From a virus (Duplodnaviria; Caudoviricetes), in the IMG/VR virus record IMGVR_UViG_3300044712_001597, positions 1,687-65,686 of that record: 64,000 bases of DNA. One strand, written 5' to 3'. The position numbers and the translations under genes are program-made. A model generated the notes under the pieces. That model was not told where the DNA came from and did not search any database. It worked only from the letters and a program-made list of their open reading frames with translations. Below are positions 1-8,930 of the stretch, in pieces (within the stretch, counting starts at the first letter, position 1; each line of letters begins with the position of its first letter).

Positions 1-8
1 ACAAGTGC

Positions 9-419
9 GTGTTAGAGTCCGCGGAGCGAGGTTATGAAGTCCGCTTCACTCCTCAAGGTCCTAATCCTCGTGCCTGGTCTAAGCATCCAGCCGTCCGCAT
101 GTGGGAGTCTGACATTCCTGCCTTGGTGGCTTACACCCTGGATGTCTGCAAAGAGTGGAAATCTCGCGGCTTCGTTGACAGCTGCGCGGACAAGATCATC
201 CGGTCTTGGCGAGCCTACGCCGCGTCAAAAGGACTTCCGCAAGCCGTCTTTGCCACCGCTCCTTTTCCGTCCTGGATTACCATGGAGCTTTGCTTGTCGC
301 ATCGCTCTAACCTCATCCGCAAAAATTGGTTGTTCTACGCTTCGTTGTGGCCGGGAGTTCCAAATGATCTTCCCTACGTCTGGCCAACTCCTCTCGCTCA
401 TCAATTCCAACCTCGCTAA
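9..419 (+). CDS. Pyrimidine-dimer DNA glycosylase-like protein (MSMEG_6728/DenV-related), 5' truncated
   Basis: Motifs HPAVRMW, EWKSRGF, SHRSNLIRK, LPYVWP; frame probably begins upstream of the window. Confidence 0.75.
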   Translation: MLESAERGYEVRFTPQGPNPRAWSKHPAVRMWESDIPALVAYTLDVCKEWKSRGFVDSCADKIIRSWRAYAASKGLPQAVFATAPFPSWITMELCLSHRSNLIRKNWLFYASLWPGVPNDLPYVWPTPLAHQFQPR

Positions 420-426
420 AATCTCT

Positions 427-924
427 ATGCTCACCGTTGCTCAACTCGCGGACGAAGTCGCCAAGTACGTCGTCGCTCAATCTGAAATTCCTGACGAAAT
501 TGCTTCTCAGATCAGCAAACTTGACGCTTCTCAGCTCGTGGAATTCAATACAGAGTTAGTCCGTAGTTTCACGCGACGTGGAACCGACGTCGTCCAAATT
601 AAAGATCCTCGTGTCGCTGCGCTGGACTACATCCGAGCCGTGTACCACTTGGATGATTCGCAAAGTTTACCTAAGCGCCAAGAGCACGATGTCATCGCGG
701 CCTTTGCTGCGGGAATGCTCGAGTCTCACACTCTCTATTCTTCGTTGCTCTCCCACGGATTCTCTTCGAATTCTGGCGACACGCACTTCAACGCTCTTTA
801 TCATAAGCTTCTACTTGTCAGTCTTAATCTCTCGGAATGTCTTTCTGAGTTTGCTAAACGGCACACGCAGGAAGCCGAGAATCTTAATCACTTCTCTCCT
901 ACCTTCCACCACCAACAAAACTAA
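427..924 (+). CDS. Hypothetical protein
   Basis: ATG at 427 directly after the previous stop; in frame with ORF 34..924. Confidence 0.6.
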   Translation: MLTVAQLADEVAKYVVAQSEIPDEIASQISKLDASQLVEFNTELVRSFTRRGTDVVQIKDPRVAALDYIRAVYHLDDSQSLPKRQEHDVIAAFAAGMLESHTLYSSLLSHGFSSNSGDTHFNALYHKLLLVSLNLSECLSEFAKRHTQEAENLNHFSPTFHHQQN

Positions 925-973
925 GTCGGCGAAAGAAATCGAAATTCGCATCGCCCTGACGGTTCGACAATTT

Positions 974-1360
974 ATGAATCAACACCCTGACCCTGTGGAG
1001 CCGGTGAAAACCGGAAAGATCGTATTTTCGATCAATGGCGTCCGCTTGCCAATCGAAGCGGAGATGATCCCCAAGCTTTTCGTCACGTACATCGCAGCAG
1101 AGCGGGCGGAATACTACGCCGGAGTGGATGCCGCTCGGTGCGACGCTGCCGAAGGAGCAAACGCTTGCTTTGCCAGAGTGTTCCGTGAAGAAGTCAACCA
1201 CGCGCTGCGTGACCGTGACGAGTTGGAAGACTGGCTTGCGAACAATACCAACTGGGCTTCGGAGCGAACGGACGGAATCACGGTCGAGTATTTGTCGCAC
1301 GATACGCATCTGCCAGACACTGCCCAAACCACCACAAGTAATCCTAACCAACAAAACTAA
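974..1360 (+). CDS. Hypothetical protein
   Basis: 3' part of ORF 578..1360; start uncertain; WLANNTNW motif. Confidence 0.55.
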   Translation: MNQHPDPVEPVKTGKIVFSINGVRLPIEAEMIPKLFVTYIAAERAEYYAGVDAARCDAAEGANACFARVFREEVNHALRDRDELEDWLANNTNWASERTDGITVEYLSHDTHLPDTAQTTTSNPNQQN

Positions 1361-1367
1361 ATCCAAC

Positions 1368-1679
1368 ATGACACATATCGCACTGACCCCGTTCGGCGCT
1401 CAGCAACTGCGCGCTCTTCGTATCTCTCAATCCGGAGCCGAAGTCCTTCGCAAGGGAGGAATTCTCTACGCCATCTCGCGCGGACGCGTCTACGACGAAG
1501 AGACAAAGATCGCCTTGTTGAAGCAGTCTGCTCTGCGACAAAGCCACGTCGATGACTGGAGACAAGAAACAGTCAAAGAGCGCTGCGACAGTCCGCAAGC
1601 CTGTCTGCGCGCTCTCGGTTTTCGTCCGGCGCACCGCCCCAATCTTCGCTTCATCGAGTCCTTCACCTGCTCCGAGTAA
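1368..1679 (+). CDS. Hypothetical protein
   Basis: ATG after an AC-rich leader; operon packing. Confidence 0.55.
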   Translation: MTHIALTPFGAQQLRALRISQSGAEVLRKGGILYAISRGRVYDEETKIALLKQSALRQSHVDDWRQETVKERCDSPQACLRALGFRPAHRPNLRFIESFTCSE

Positions 1680-1683
1680 TCTT

Positions 1684-2043
1684 ATGGACGGCGTCATTTC
1701 GATTCTCTTCTTTCTCAAGAGCCATGGTCCTTTTCTGCTGATCGTCGCAGTCATTCTCGTGGCTTTCACGGTCCTGTCTTGCTGGTTTTGGAGCTGGCTG
1801 TCGCAGCGCCGAGTCTGGGTGATGGGCTACAACTCCATTTGCGATCAGATCCCTTTGCTTCAGAAAGGAGACCACGTACTCACTAACCCTCCGCCTCCTT
1901 CTTGGCTCAATCCTGGTCTTCAAACTCGGTTTCGTCAAGGACAACTGGCTTGTTTGCGCGAGATGCAAATCGCAAACACTCGAGAAGAGCAGCGGATCAT
2001 GCGGCTGAAAACGCGGGCTGTGCATCGTCCAGGACGAGGGTAG
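1684..2043 (+). CDS. Hypothetical membrane protein
   Basis: N-terminal hydrophobic segment (FLLIVAVILVAFTVLSCWFW). Confidence 0.55.
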   Translation: MDGVISILFFLKSHGPFLLIVAVILVAFTVLSCWFWSWLSQRRVWVMGYNSICDQIPLLQKGDHVLTNPPPPSWLNPGLQTRFRQGQLACLREMQIANTREEQRIMRLKTRAVHRPGRG

Positions 2044-2052
2044 TTTTCCGCC

Positions 2053-2262
2053 GTGAAGATCGTGCACCATCTTAATCCGCAGTCCAAGCCGCGTACGTGG
2101 CGAAGTGGTATCTATCTTTGCCACTCTTGCGGTAAGTACGTCGAGCGCGAAGCGGAAGAAGGAAAACCTTTGCCCAAGTGGAAAAAGTCATTCTGCACGT
2201 CGACTGGAAAAAACGTACGCCTCTGGTTGAAACTCTCGCACGACCTTCCGCATCGACACTAA
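2053..2262 (+). CDS. Small Cys-containing hypothetical protein
   Basis: CHSC and later C residues; operon packing. Confidence 0.5.
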   Translation: MKIVHHLNPQSKPRTWRSGIYLCHSCGKYVEREAEEGKPLPKWKKSFCTSTGKNVRLWLKLSHDLPHRH

Positions 2263-2269
2263 ACTCTCT

Positions 2270-2674
2270 ATGAAACCCTACCAGCGCCTTCAATACTGGA
2301 TTCAACAGCTATACGTCGTCTCCGTATCAATCACCGTACTCGGAGCGACACAAAAGTGGGGAATCGCCTTGGCTATTCTGATTCCACTCTCCATCTGGCT
2401 GTGGGAGTACAATTCCAAGCCGAACGCGCCATGTGATTTTGAGCGCGAACTTAAGGATACGAATGAACTGCTGCAAAATGTGATTCGAGAGCGAAACAAA
2501 CTTGGGCGCGAAATTACACGCCTTCGCGTCCGCGCCGAGTCGTCGGAGCATGAGAGCGCGATGCTTCGTGGTGAACTACAATCCATCGCGTGCTCAGACG
2601 GCGGCGCGAAATGGCTGCGCGATCTCGCGAGCCGCGCTTTGTCGAACAGCCAGATGAGGAATCACCAGCCATGA
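2270..2674 (+). CDS. Membrane-anchored coiled-coil hypothetical protein
   Basis: Two hydrophobic segments followed by a heptad-rich region. Confidence 0.55.
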   Translation: MKPYQRLQYWIQQLYVVSVSITVLGATQKWGIALAILIPLSIWLWEYNSKPNAPCDFERELKDTNELLQNVIRERNKLGREITRLRVRAESSEHESAMLRGELQSIACSDGGAKWLRDLASRALSNSQMRNHQP

Positions 2675-2774
2675 AAGAGCCCCGCCACGGCCTGCCGCCC
2701 TGTGATCACGATGAATGCCCGCCGACACGCTGCGCCCGGCTGGCTGGTGATTTCTCTCCATCGCCTTTTTCGGC
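2641..2774 (+). repeat. attC-like imperfect inverted repeat 1
   Basis: GTCGAAC-5nt-GATGAGGAATCACCAGCC ... GGCTGGTGATTTCTCTCCATC-GCCTTT-TTCGGC; 14-bp arm with one G:T pair and extrahelical bases; 134 bp long. Confidence 0.55.
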
Positions 2775-2958
2775 GGTGCTCTGTGACATGTCAGGATGCC
2801 ACGAACACGCGACAGGCGAAGTGCAAATCGGCGATGAATACATCCCGCTATGCGAACTGCACCGGAAGTCAGAAATGGAACGGCTTGCTCCAAAGTGGAG
2901 GCCGATGCCGCCACATTCGCCGAACACAAAGGCCAGCGGCCTCCCGAAAAAACCATGA
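2671..2958 (+). CDS. Cys/His-rich hypothetical protein
   Basis: ATGA overlap with the previous gene; CxxxGC...LCxxH. Confidence 0.5.
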   Translation: MKEPRHGLPPCDHDECPPTRCARLAGDFSPSPFSAVLCDMSGCHEHATGEVQIGDEYIPLCELHRKSEMERLAPKWRPMPPHSPNTKASGLPKKP

Positions 2959-3027
2959 GTGATCCTACCGAAACTACATCCCCCGCGCGGGCACGAACCG
3001 GAGGTTCGCTGCATCGCGCTGTTAGAG
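2919..3027 (+). repeat. attC-like imperfect inverted repeat 2
   Basis: GCCGAAC...CAGCGGCCTCC ... GGAGGTTCGCTG...GTTAGAG; 109 bp. Confidence 0.6.
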
Positions 3028-3236
3028 GGCCTGCGTGGTCGGCAAGCAAAGCGGAGGAAGTAATCGCTGGAATCTACCTGATCGCCGCCCTGCTCGCATG
3101 GAACGGCGGCATCATCTGGCTTGCCGTGCTTCTCTTCATCAAGGCCGCGGCGGACACAGTGTGCGCCTTAACATTTGCCGCCATTGAAGTCTGCCACGAA
3201 TCGAAACAGCCCTCTAACGTCCAAGAGGAGCCATGA
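2955..3236 (+). CDS. Hypothetical membrane protein
   Basis: ATGA overlap; two hydrophobic helices. Confidence 0.5.
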   Translation: MSDPTETTSPARARTGGSLHRAVRGPAWSASKAEEVIAGIYLIAALLAWNGGIIWLAVLLFIKAAADTVCALTFAAIEVCHESKQPSNVQEEP

Positions 3237-3300
3237 CCACCCGCAAAACAGACTCCGCAACTTCCAATGACCACCCACGCAACAGACTCCGCGACTTCCA
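3233..3300 (+). repeat. 34-bp tandem duplication
   Basis: ATGACCACCCGCAAAACAGACTCCGCAACTTCCA followed by ATGACCACCCACGCAACAGACTCCGCGACTTCCA. Confidence 0.85.
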
Positions 3301-3310
3301 CTGACCGGGA

Positions 3311-3553
3311 ATGAATATGCCGATTAAGCCGGGAGATTTTTTTCTCCTTCCATTCAAAGGGCCGAAGATAGCGCTGCTCGTTGAAGCCGTGCGCGAGCGC
3401 ACCGTACTTGGTTATGGCCAATGGGATGTTCGACACGTGCACAACGGAAAAATCCTTACATGCTACCTTCCGTCCTGCCACCGCTGTCCGCCGTCAAAGG
3501 CGCGAAAAATCATGCCGTCTCACTCTGGTTGTTCCTCCGTCGCCCGCAAATAA
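3311..3553 (+). CDS. Hypothetical protein
   Basis: ORF in operon context. Confidence 0.4.
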   Translation: MNMPIKPGDFFLLPFKGPKIALLVEAVRERTVLGYGQWDVRHVHNGKILTCYLPSCHRCPPSKARKIMPSHSGCSSVARK

Positions 3554-3566
3554 CTATACCAAAACG

Positions 3567-3818
3567 ATGACAGCTAAAGAACGAGAAGGATACGAACTAA
3601 CAAAGGGAGCAATGATGTGCTTCGGCAAATACTTGTTGCTCGGAATGGCTCTCATCTTCCTTCTCGGGTTAGTGCGAAACTGGCAAGGCTGGGGTGTGGA
3701 TGACTCAGACAAAGACGCATGGAACCGCTCTGGATTGCGAATCCACACCGACGCAAAAACCGGGGTGCAATATCTGAGCGATGGCAAGGGAGGGCTGGTG
3801 CGTCGTGAGTATCGCTAA
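3567..3818 (+). CDS. Membrane protein, DUF6440-like
   Basis: One TM helix and the motif D-x-x-TGVQYL...GGL. Confidence 0.55.
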   Translation: MTAKEREGYELTKGAMMCFGKYLLLGMALIFLLGLVRNWQGWGVDDSDKDAWNRSGLRIHTDAKTGVQYLSDGKGGLVRREYR

Positions 3819-3871
3819 CATCCAAGATGAGGGATCGGCACCCTCAACCAAGCTGCCGAAAACACACTGAT

Positions 3872-4405
3872 ATGAACGCCGCCAGACGTATCTTCATTGG
3901 AGGATCGAAACATGGACAAGTCTTTTCCGCTTTTAGAGAGCCATTTGTCAGAGTTGCGATTCCATCGTTATCGCCTACATTCGAGTTGGAGGTTATGCCT
4001 TGCGTTGAAGATACCTTCACGCTCGAGACGTATCAACTGCGGACCTACGAACTCGCGGGAACTCGTCGCTCTGCTCAATATCTTGTCCTTCAAAGTCTCA
4101 GTGACTCTGAAGCCGCGCGACTTATCGAAGAGTATGAAGCACATAACTCGAGGAGCGAGTCTACTGTGAAAGCCAATACTTTCTTGAGCGTGGCGAGACT
4201 CTTATGGGACTGGCGAGGATGGACTAAGGTTGGAATTCTCGATGCAGTCACTTATCGCGACACGGGTCTCCATTTCTTTCTCAGCAGTTCATGCGTTAAC
4301 TTGTGGAGCGAAAAATCACCGCATCCCGTTTATTCGCCTAGTCTTGTTACCTGGATTTTCTTCATTTTGCTTTGCCTGCGCTTGCAAGTCTGCGCGAAAC
4401 TTTAA
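3872..4405 (+). CDS. Hypothetical protein
   Basis: FIGGSKHG N-terminal motif seen in small phage proteins. Confidence 0.5.
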   Translation: MNAARRIFIGGSKHGQVFSAFREPFVRVAIPSLSPTFELEVMPCVEDTFTLETYQLRTYELAGTRRSAQYLVLQSLSDSEAARLIEEYEAHNSRSESTVKANTFLSVARLLWDWRGWTKVGILDAVTYRDTGLHFFLSSSCVNLWSEKSPHPVYSPSLVTWIFFILLCLRLQVCAKL

Positions 4406-4418
4406 CTCTCGCAACTTA

Positions 4419-5786
4419 GTGATACAACTTCGTCCATACCAGATTGCTGCCGCGAGCAAGTTGTCCGATATCCTTGTCAAGCATCGCTTCGCGGTTGACG
4501 CTTCCGATACTGGAGTCGGAAAAACTTTCACGGCGATTGCCACCGCTCTTGAGTTCGAACCCCATCCTCCGGTGGCCGTCATTTGTAAAGCGAAGGCCGT
4601 GACGAAGTGGATGCAGGCTCTCGCGCAGTTCCCGCAATTGGAAGTCTTGTTCGTCACAAGCTGGGAAAAAGCCAGAAGCAAGAAGAATCCTCACTTCATC
4701 GCGAGCTTTACGTCAAAAGGAAAACTTCGCGGCTTCAACTTGCGACTCTCGCGTCCAACTATCGTAATCTTTGACGAGATTCATTGCGCTGGGGGTCAAT
4801 CAAGCCAAAATGGAGAACTGGTGATCGCCTGCCACCGATGCCCTCAGGCGTGGACGCTGGGTCTATCAGCTACGCTGGCAACAGATCCTCTCCGGATGCG
4901 AGCTCTCGGCTATTGCCTCGGTCTCCATCAACTTCACGACTACTGGAATTGGTGTCGCAGCAACGGCTGTGGAAAAGCTCCCTTTGGCGGTTTGTACTTC
5001 CGCAACAAAGACCGCGAGCGAGTTCTCGGGAAGTTGAACCGCATTCTCTTTGACTCGGAAGATCCCCGAGGAATCCGACTCCGCAAGAAAGAGTTGATGG
5101 ACTGTGGTCAATTTCCTAAGGTTGAAACATTCGTGGAGCTATGGGATGTTTCTCTGCACGCAGCCAAGTGGCTCCAGGAAGCTTTGACCGAAGTCGACAA
5201 AGCGGAAGACGCGGATATGGAAAAGCATGACTGGCAGCCGCATGGCGGAATTCTGGCGATGCGCGATCGCCAACGCTCCGAGCTGTTGAAACTTCCTGCT
5301 CTGCTTGATGAGATTCAAGACCGTTTAGACGAAGGCGAGTCCGTCATTGTGTTCTTGCAGTTTACTCGCTCCTTGCGAGTCGTAGGCGAACAGCTCAGCA
5401 AAGACGGGATTCTATATTCGTTGGTGGCTGGAAACACGCCTCGCTCATCCTCGAAACGCCTTACTGCCCTTCCGGTGGAGGTCTTTCAGCGCAATCAGAC
5501 ACGAGTATGTCTCTGTCAAATCGACGCAGGATCGGACTCAATTGACTTGCACGATGTTCACGGCGGACATCCCCGGCACATGATTGTCTTCCCGACTTAC
5601 AAGGCCGTCACTCTGATCCAAGCTCTTGGACGCGGAGACCGTTTTGGAGCAAAGACGCCCCTTGTCCGCCGAATCATCTACTCGGCTGGCGGTATCGAAG
5701 AGAAAATCGCCCGAGTCGTAGAGCGACGTCTTGAAAATCTGTCCATGCTCTCCGACGGCGAACTCAATGCAGGAGGAATGATATGA
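4419..5786 (+). CDS. Superfamily 2 (SNF2/ResIII-like) helicase
   Basis: Q-motif LRPYQ, Walker A DTGVGKT, DEIH, SAT, motif VI QALGRGDR; GTG start inferred. Confidence 0.9.
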   Translation: MIQLRPYQIAAASKLSDILVKHRFAVDASDTGVGKTFTAIATALEFEPHPPVAVICKAKAVTKWMQALAQFPQLEVLFVTSWEKARSKKNPHFIASFTSKGKLRGFNLRLSRPTIVIFDEIHCAGGQSSQNGELVIACHRCPQAWTLGLSATLATDPLRMRALGYCLGLHQLHDYWNWCRSNGCGKAPFGGLYFRNKDRERVLGKLNRILFDSEDPRGIRLRKKELMDCGQFPKVETFVELWDVSLHAAKWLQEALTEVDKAEDADMEKHDWQPHGGILAMRDRQRSELLKLPALLDEIQDRLDEGESVIVFLQFTRSLRVVGEQLSKDGILYSLVAGNTPRSSSKRLTALPVEVFQRNQTRVCLCQIDAGSDSIDLHDVHGGHPRHMIVFPTYKAVTLIQALGRGDRFGAKTPLVRRIIYSAGGIEEKIARVVERRLENLSMLSDGELNAGGMI

Positions 5787-6103
5787 AGTCCAAGAGACCA
5801 AATGGAACTCGCTGGATTCGATCGGCGCGACGTCTTCAAATCTATGCTCGCGACCGATGGACTTGCGTCTACTGCGAAACACCGGTATTCCGATCAACGG
5901 CTCACTTGCCTAATGCTGCTTCGTTGGATCACATATTTCCTCGGTCTCAAGGCGGAACAAATGAGGCAACGAATCTCGTCACATGCTGCTTTCAATGCAA
6001 CAGCCGTCGAGCTGATTTGTCAGTTGTAGATTTCGCCATGACGTTTCATTTTCCTAAACAAGTTCTACGGCGTGTCAAAAACGCGCTACGCCGAAAAGTA
6101 TAA
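5783..6103 (+). CDS. HNH endonuclease
   Basis: RDRWTCVYC...LDHIFPRSQGG...NLVTCCFQCN. Confidence 0.9.
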   Translation: MKSKRPNGTRWIRSARRLQIYARDRWTCVYCETPVFRSTAHLPNAASLDHIFPRSQGGTNEATNLVTCCFQCNSRRADLSVVDFAMTFHFPKQVLRRVKNALRRKV

Positions 6104-6107
6104 CTCT

Positions 6108-6755
6108 ATGAAAACCACCCTAGTTGCCACCACTACTCCGCGCATTGCCGGAGTCCAAACCGCCGACGAACTCATCGCTTATTGCGCGCGAGTTTCTAAT
6201 CCTTCAAACCAACTCAACCACGAGACGGCTGACAAACTGCTGCGCTACTGCGCAAAGCATGGGCACTGGTCTGTGTTTGAGCAGGCGAGTATGACGGTGG
6301 AAATCGTCACCAGCCGCGCGATTGCAGCGCAGATTCTTCGTCACCGCTCTTTTTCGTTCCAAGAGTTCAGCCAGCGGTACGCGCGAGTTACGGCCTTTGA
6401 AGATGTCGAACTCCGTAAGCAAGGAGAGAAGAATCGTCAGGGCGGAGAGCAAGTCATCACGGAGGGACAAGCCATTCACTCAGTCAATCAAATCTTGGGC
6501 CTCATCAATGACGTCTATGACGACTTGCTTGAGCTTGGAGTGGCCAAAGAATGCGCGCGCATGATTCTTCCGCTCTGCACGCAAACGACGCTCTACATGA
6601 CGGGCACCGTGCGCTCCTGGATCCACTATCTCCAACAGCGCTTGGATTCCCACGCGCAGAAAGAGCATAGACTTGTGGCCAATGGAGTGCGAGATATCTT
6701 CAAGCAGGAATTTCCTTCGGTATACCGAGCAGTGTTTGAGTTGCCTGGTGAGTAA
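6108..6755 (+). CDS. thyX: FAD-dependent thymidylate synthase
   Basis: HWSVFE, RHRSFSFQEFSQRY signature, KECARMILP, HAQKEH. Confidence 0.97.
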   Translation: MKTTLVATTTPRIAGVQTADELIAYCARVSNPSNQLNHETADKLLRYCAKHGHWSVFEQASMTVEIVTSRAIAAQILRHRSFSFQEFSQRYARVTAFEDVELRKQGEKNRQGGEQVITEGQAIHSVNQILGLINDVYDDLLELGVAKECARMILPLCTQTTLYMTGTVRSWIHYLQQRLDSHAQKEHRLVANGVRDIFKQEFPSVYRAVFELPGE

Positions 6756-6785
6756 ACAATTTTCTACGCAGAAGCCACTTTTCAA

Positions 6786-6824
6786 TTTACATATAAACAG
6801 CTGCCATCTATAGTCACCAGTGTC
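6786..6824 (+). promoter_or_regulatory. Sigma70-like phage promoter (copy 1)
   Basis: TTTACA-17nt-TATAGT-10nt-ATGAGC; same geometry recurs elsewhere. Confidence 0.7.
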
Positions 6825-7466
6825 ATGAGCTTTCCAACTAGTCTTACGGAGATTGAGCCCCTTTGCCTTCGCGACGCAGTTGCCCGCGCCGCCGAGGCCC
6901 GTAAACGAGGAGAACCGATTTTGCCGTTCTACGCAACTCTTCCGAGTTTGCCGAATTTTGGATGGGCTCAATTCCGAGAATTGGTTCATTCTGTTCTCGC
7001 CCCCTCTCCGCAAGTTCCTCCGCGTCTTTCTTCCGATGACTACGCCATGGCCTTGGCTTACGTCGCTTCGCTGCGGAGCGAGGATCCAAAGCGGAAAGTA
7101 GGTGCAGTTGCGCTGAATCAAGAAAACCGCGTCATCGCTACGGCGTACAATGGACTGGTTCCAGGAGTGACCATGTCTGACGAGTGGTGGAGCGTAGATT
7201 CTAACCGTCGCACATTTGTTCTTCACGCTGAGTCCAATCTTTGCAGTCTGACTTCTCGCGGCGATGTGGAGACCGTGGCCGTGACGACGGCTCCTTGTGG
7301 ACCTTGTATGCTGAATCTTATCGCCCATGGCGTCAAACGAGTGATCTACGGAGAGTCCTATCTCACTGACCCGAGTGGAGAACACATCGCAGAGTTCTAT
7401 CAAGGTCGTATCGTTCTCAAGCACGTTCCGCTTTCTAAAGTTCACGATCTTCTCTCTATCGTCTAA
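6825..7466 (+). CDS. dCMP deaminase
   Basis: RSEDPKRKVGA, AYNG, HAESN and PCGPC zinc motifs. Confidence 0.92.
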   Translation: MSFPTSLTEIEPLCLRDAVARAAEARKRGEPILPFYATLPSLPNFGWAQFRELVHSVLAPSPQVPPRLSSDDYAMALAYVASLRSEDPKRKVGAVALNQENRVIATAYNGLVPGVTMSDEWWSVDSNRRTFVLHAESNLCSLTSRGDVETVAVTTAPCGPCMLNLIAHGVKRVIYGESYLTDPSGEHIAEFYQGRIVLKHVPLSKVHDLLSIV

Positions 7467-8656
7467 TGAAACCTCAAAAATCTCACTCTCAGCGGTCGCA
7501 TAGCCGCATCAGTCCTTCCGGCCTAAAGTCGCTGCAGACTTGTCCAGGATACGAGCCTGAAGACAAACCTGAAGGCGACGCTTCAAAACGCGGAACTTTT
7601 CTGCATGAAATCATGGAGCGTGGAAAGCTTCCTCCACAGCCTTGGCCTGCGTACATGCGCAGCGACGACCCCGAGCTCGCTCAGAAGATTTTGACTGTCG
7701 TCAAGCGTGCTGACGCTCAATCGGAGTACGAACCTCTCAAGGAAGTCGAGTTGGACTTCACCCCGTTGAAACTCAAGGATTTCGAAAAAGGGCACGCGGA
7801 TCGCATTATCATTCTTGGAGTAAATGATGACGAAGAGCCCGAGCACGCCGAGATGATCGACTTCAAGTTTGGCGCGTGGGAGGTCGAACAAGTCAACGAG
7901 AACATCCAGTTCCGGGCCTACGCTCTCGGGCTTTTCATCCAGTTTCCGTCTCTGCAGTCTGTGCGGGTCCGCATTATTCAACCCGAGCTTGGCCTTGATG
8001 CCAACCATACCTTTCTCCGGGCTCGCGACTATGACATGATTGTCACTCAGATTGGGGCGGTGGTTCGTCGCAGGCACAAGTGGCTTGAAACTCGTGACAC
8101 TGCGCTGCTCCGCTCCAATCCTGACAACTGCTCGTTTTGCGGCGCTCAAGCGACCTGCGCGATCTGGCAACAGCAAATGGCTCGCATGGCTAACGACGCC
8201 AATGTTCTCAGCGCGCCAGTGGTTCCAATCGAACACCTGGAAGATCCTTCTACAGCGGACGTCAATGAACTGCTGCGGGCCTATCGCTGGATCAAACCCA
8301 TGGAAGAGTATCTGAAGAAGTTCAAGCGCTTTGCCCTGGCCGTATACGACGCGGGTCTCATTTCGGATGAACTTACACTGACCGAGAAAAAAGGTGACGC
8401 CTCTATTCTCGATCCGCTGTTCGTGCGTGACTTCTTGAAAGAACGCTACGGCGTGTCCCATGATGAATTCATCGCCTCATGCGACATCTCCATTGGAAGT
8501 ATCCGTAATCTGGTGCAGGAGAGGTCAAAGCATGGCGAAAAAGAGGCCAAGGGAAAAGAAGCCATCGACGCCTTGACCAAAGAAGGAGTCATCTCATTCG
8601 CTCCGAGTATCCGATACGTTCAACTTCCTCGCGGAAAAAAGTCTAACAAATCCTAA
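7466..8656 (+). CDS. Cas4-like PD-(D/E)XK exonuclease (DUF2800 type)
   Basis: HSRISPS...CP, RGTFLHE, GHAD, IDFKFG, QFRAYALG, CSFC...C. Confidence 0.85.
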   Translation: MKPQKSHSQRSHSRISPSGLKSLQTCPGYEPEDKPEGDASKRGTFLHEIMERGKLPPQPWPAYMRSDDPELAQKILTVVKRADAQSEYEPLKEVELDFTPLKLKDFEKGHADRIIILGVNDDEEPEHAEMIDFKFGAWEVEQVNENIQFRAYALGLFIQFPSLQSVRVRIIQPELGLDANHTFLRARDYDMIVTQIGAVVRRRHKWLETRDTALLRSNPDNCSFCGAQATCAIWQQQMARMANDANVLSAPVVPIEHLEDPSTADVNELLRAYRWIKPMEEYLKKFKRFALAVYDAGLISDELTLTEKKGDASILDPLFVRDFLKERYGVSHDEFIASCDISIGSIRNLVQERSKHGEKEAKGKEAIDALTKEGVISFAPSIRYVQLPRGKKSNKS

Positions 8657-8666
8657 TATACCCACC

Positions 8667-8924
8667 ATGCAAACTCAAGCCGATGTCTTGTCCAAGATCG
8701 AAAGCGTCATCCAGCAATTTGTCGAACTTCACTCGGTTCCGTCCGAACTGTGTCTTCCCGAGCTTGGGCTAGATAGTCTCGACATCGTTGAGTTTGCTCT
8801 CGAGCTCGAATCCACTTTTGAAATCGAAATCTCTGAGGAGCTTATCGAAAAGATGAGCTTTTTCTCAGTGAAGCAGATTTCAGAAACGATCTACGCGATC
8901 GTCAACCCACAACCAACCAAATAA
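8667..8924 (+). CDS. Acyl carrier protein
   Basis: LGLDSLDIVEF phosphopantetheine-attachment motif; acidic 85-aa protein. Confidence 0.88.
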   Translation: MQTQADVLSKIESVIQQFVELHSVPSELCLPELGLDSLDIVEFALELESTFEIEISEELIEKMSFFSVKQISETIYAIVNPQPTK

Positions 8925-8930
8925 ACTACT

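Noticed and set aside
908-1360. Repeated ACCAACAAAACTAA at two gene ends, and a possible lost start codon near 922
   Set aside because: Likely an AC-rich translation-initiation context; the evidence is too weak to call a mutation or a mobile repeat.
5783-6103. HNH as an intron- or intein-borne homing endonuclease
   Set aside because: It is free-standing, and the flanking helicase and thyX genes are uninterrupted.
7466-8656. Cas4-like nuclease as evidence of a CRISPR-Cas system
   Set aside because: No cas1, cas2 or array present; the context is the standard phage exonuclease-SSB-polymerase module.
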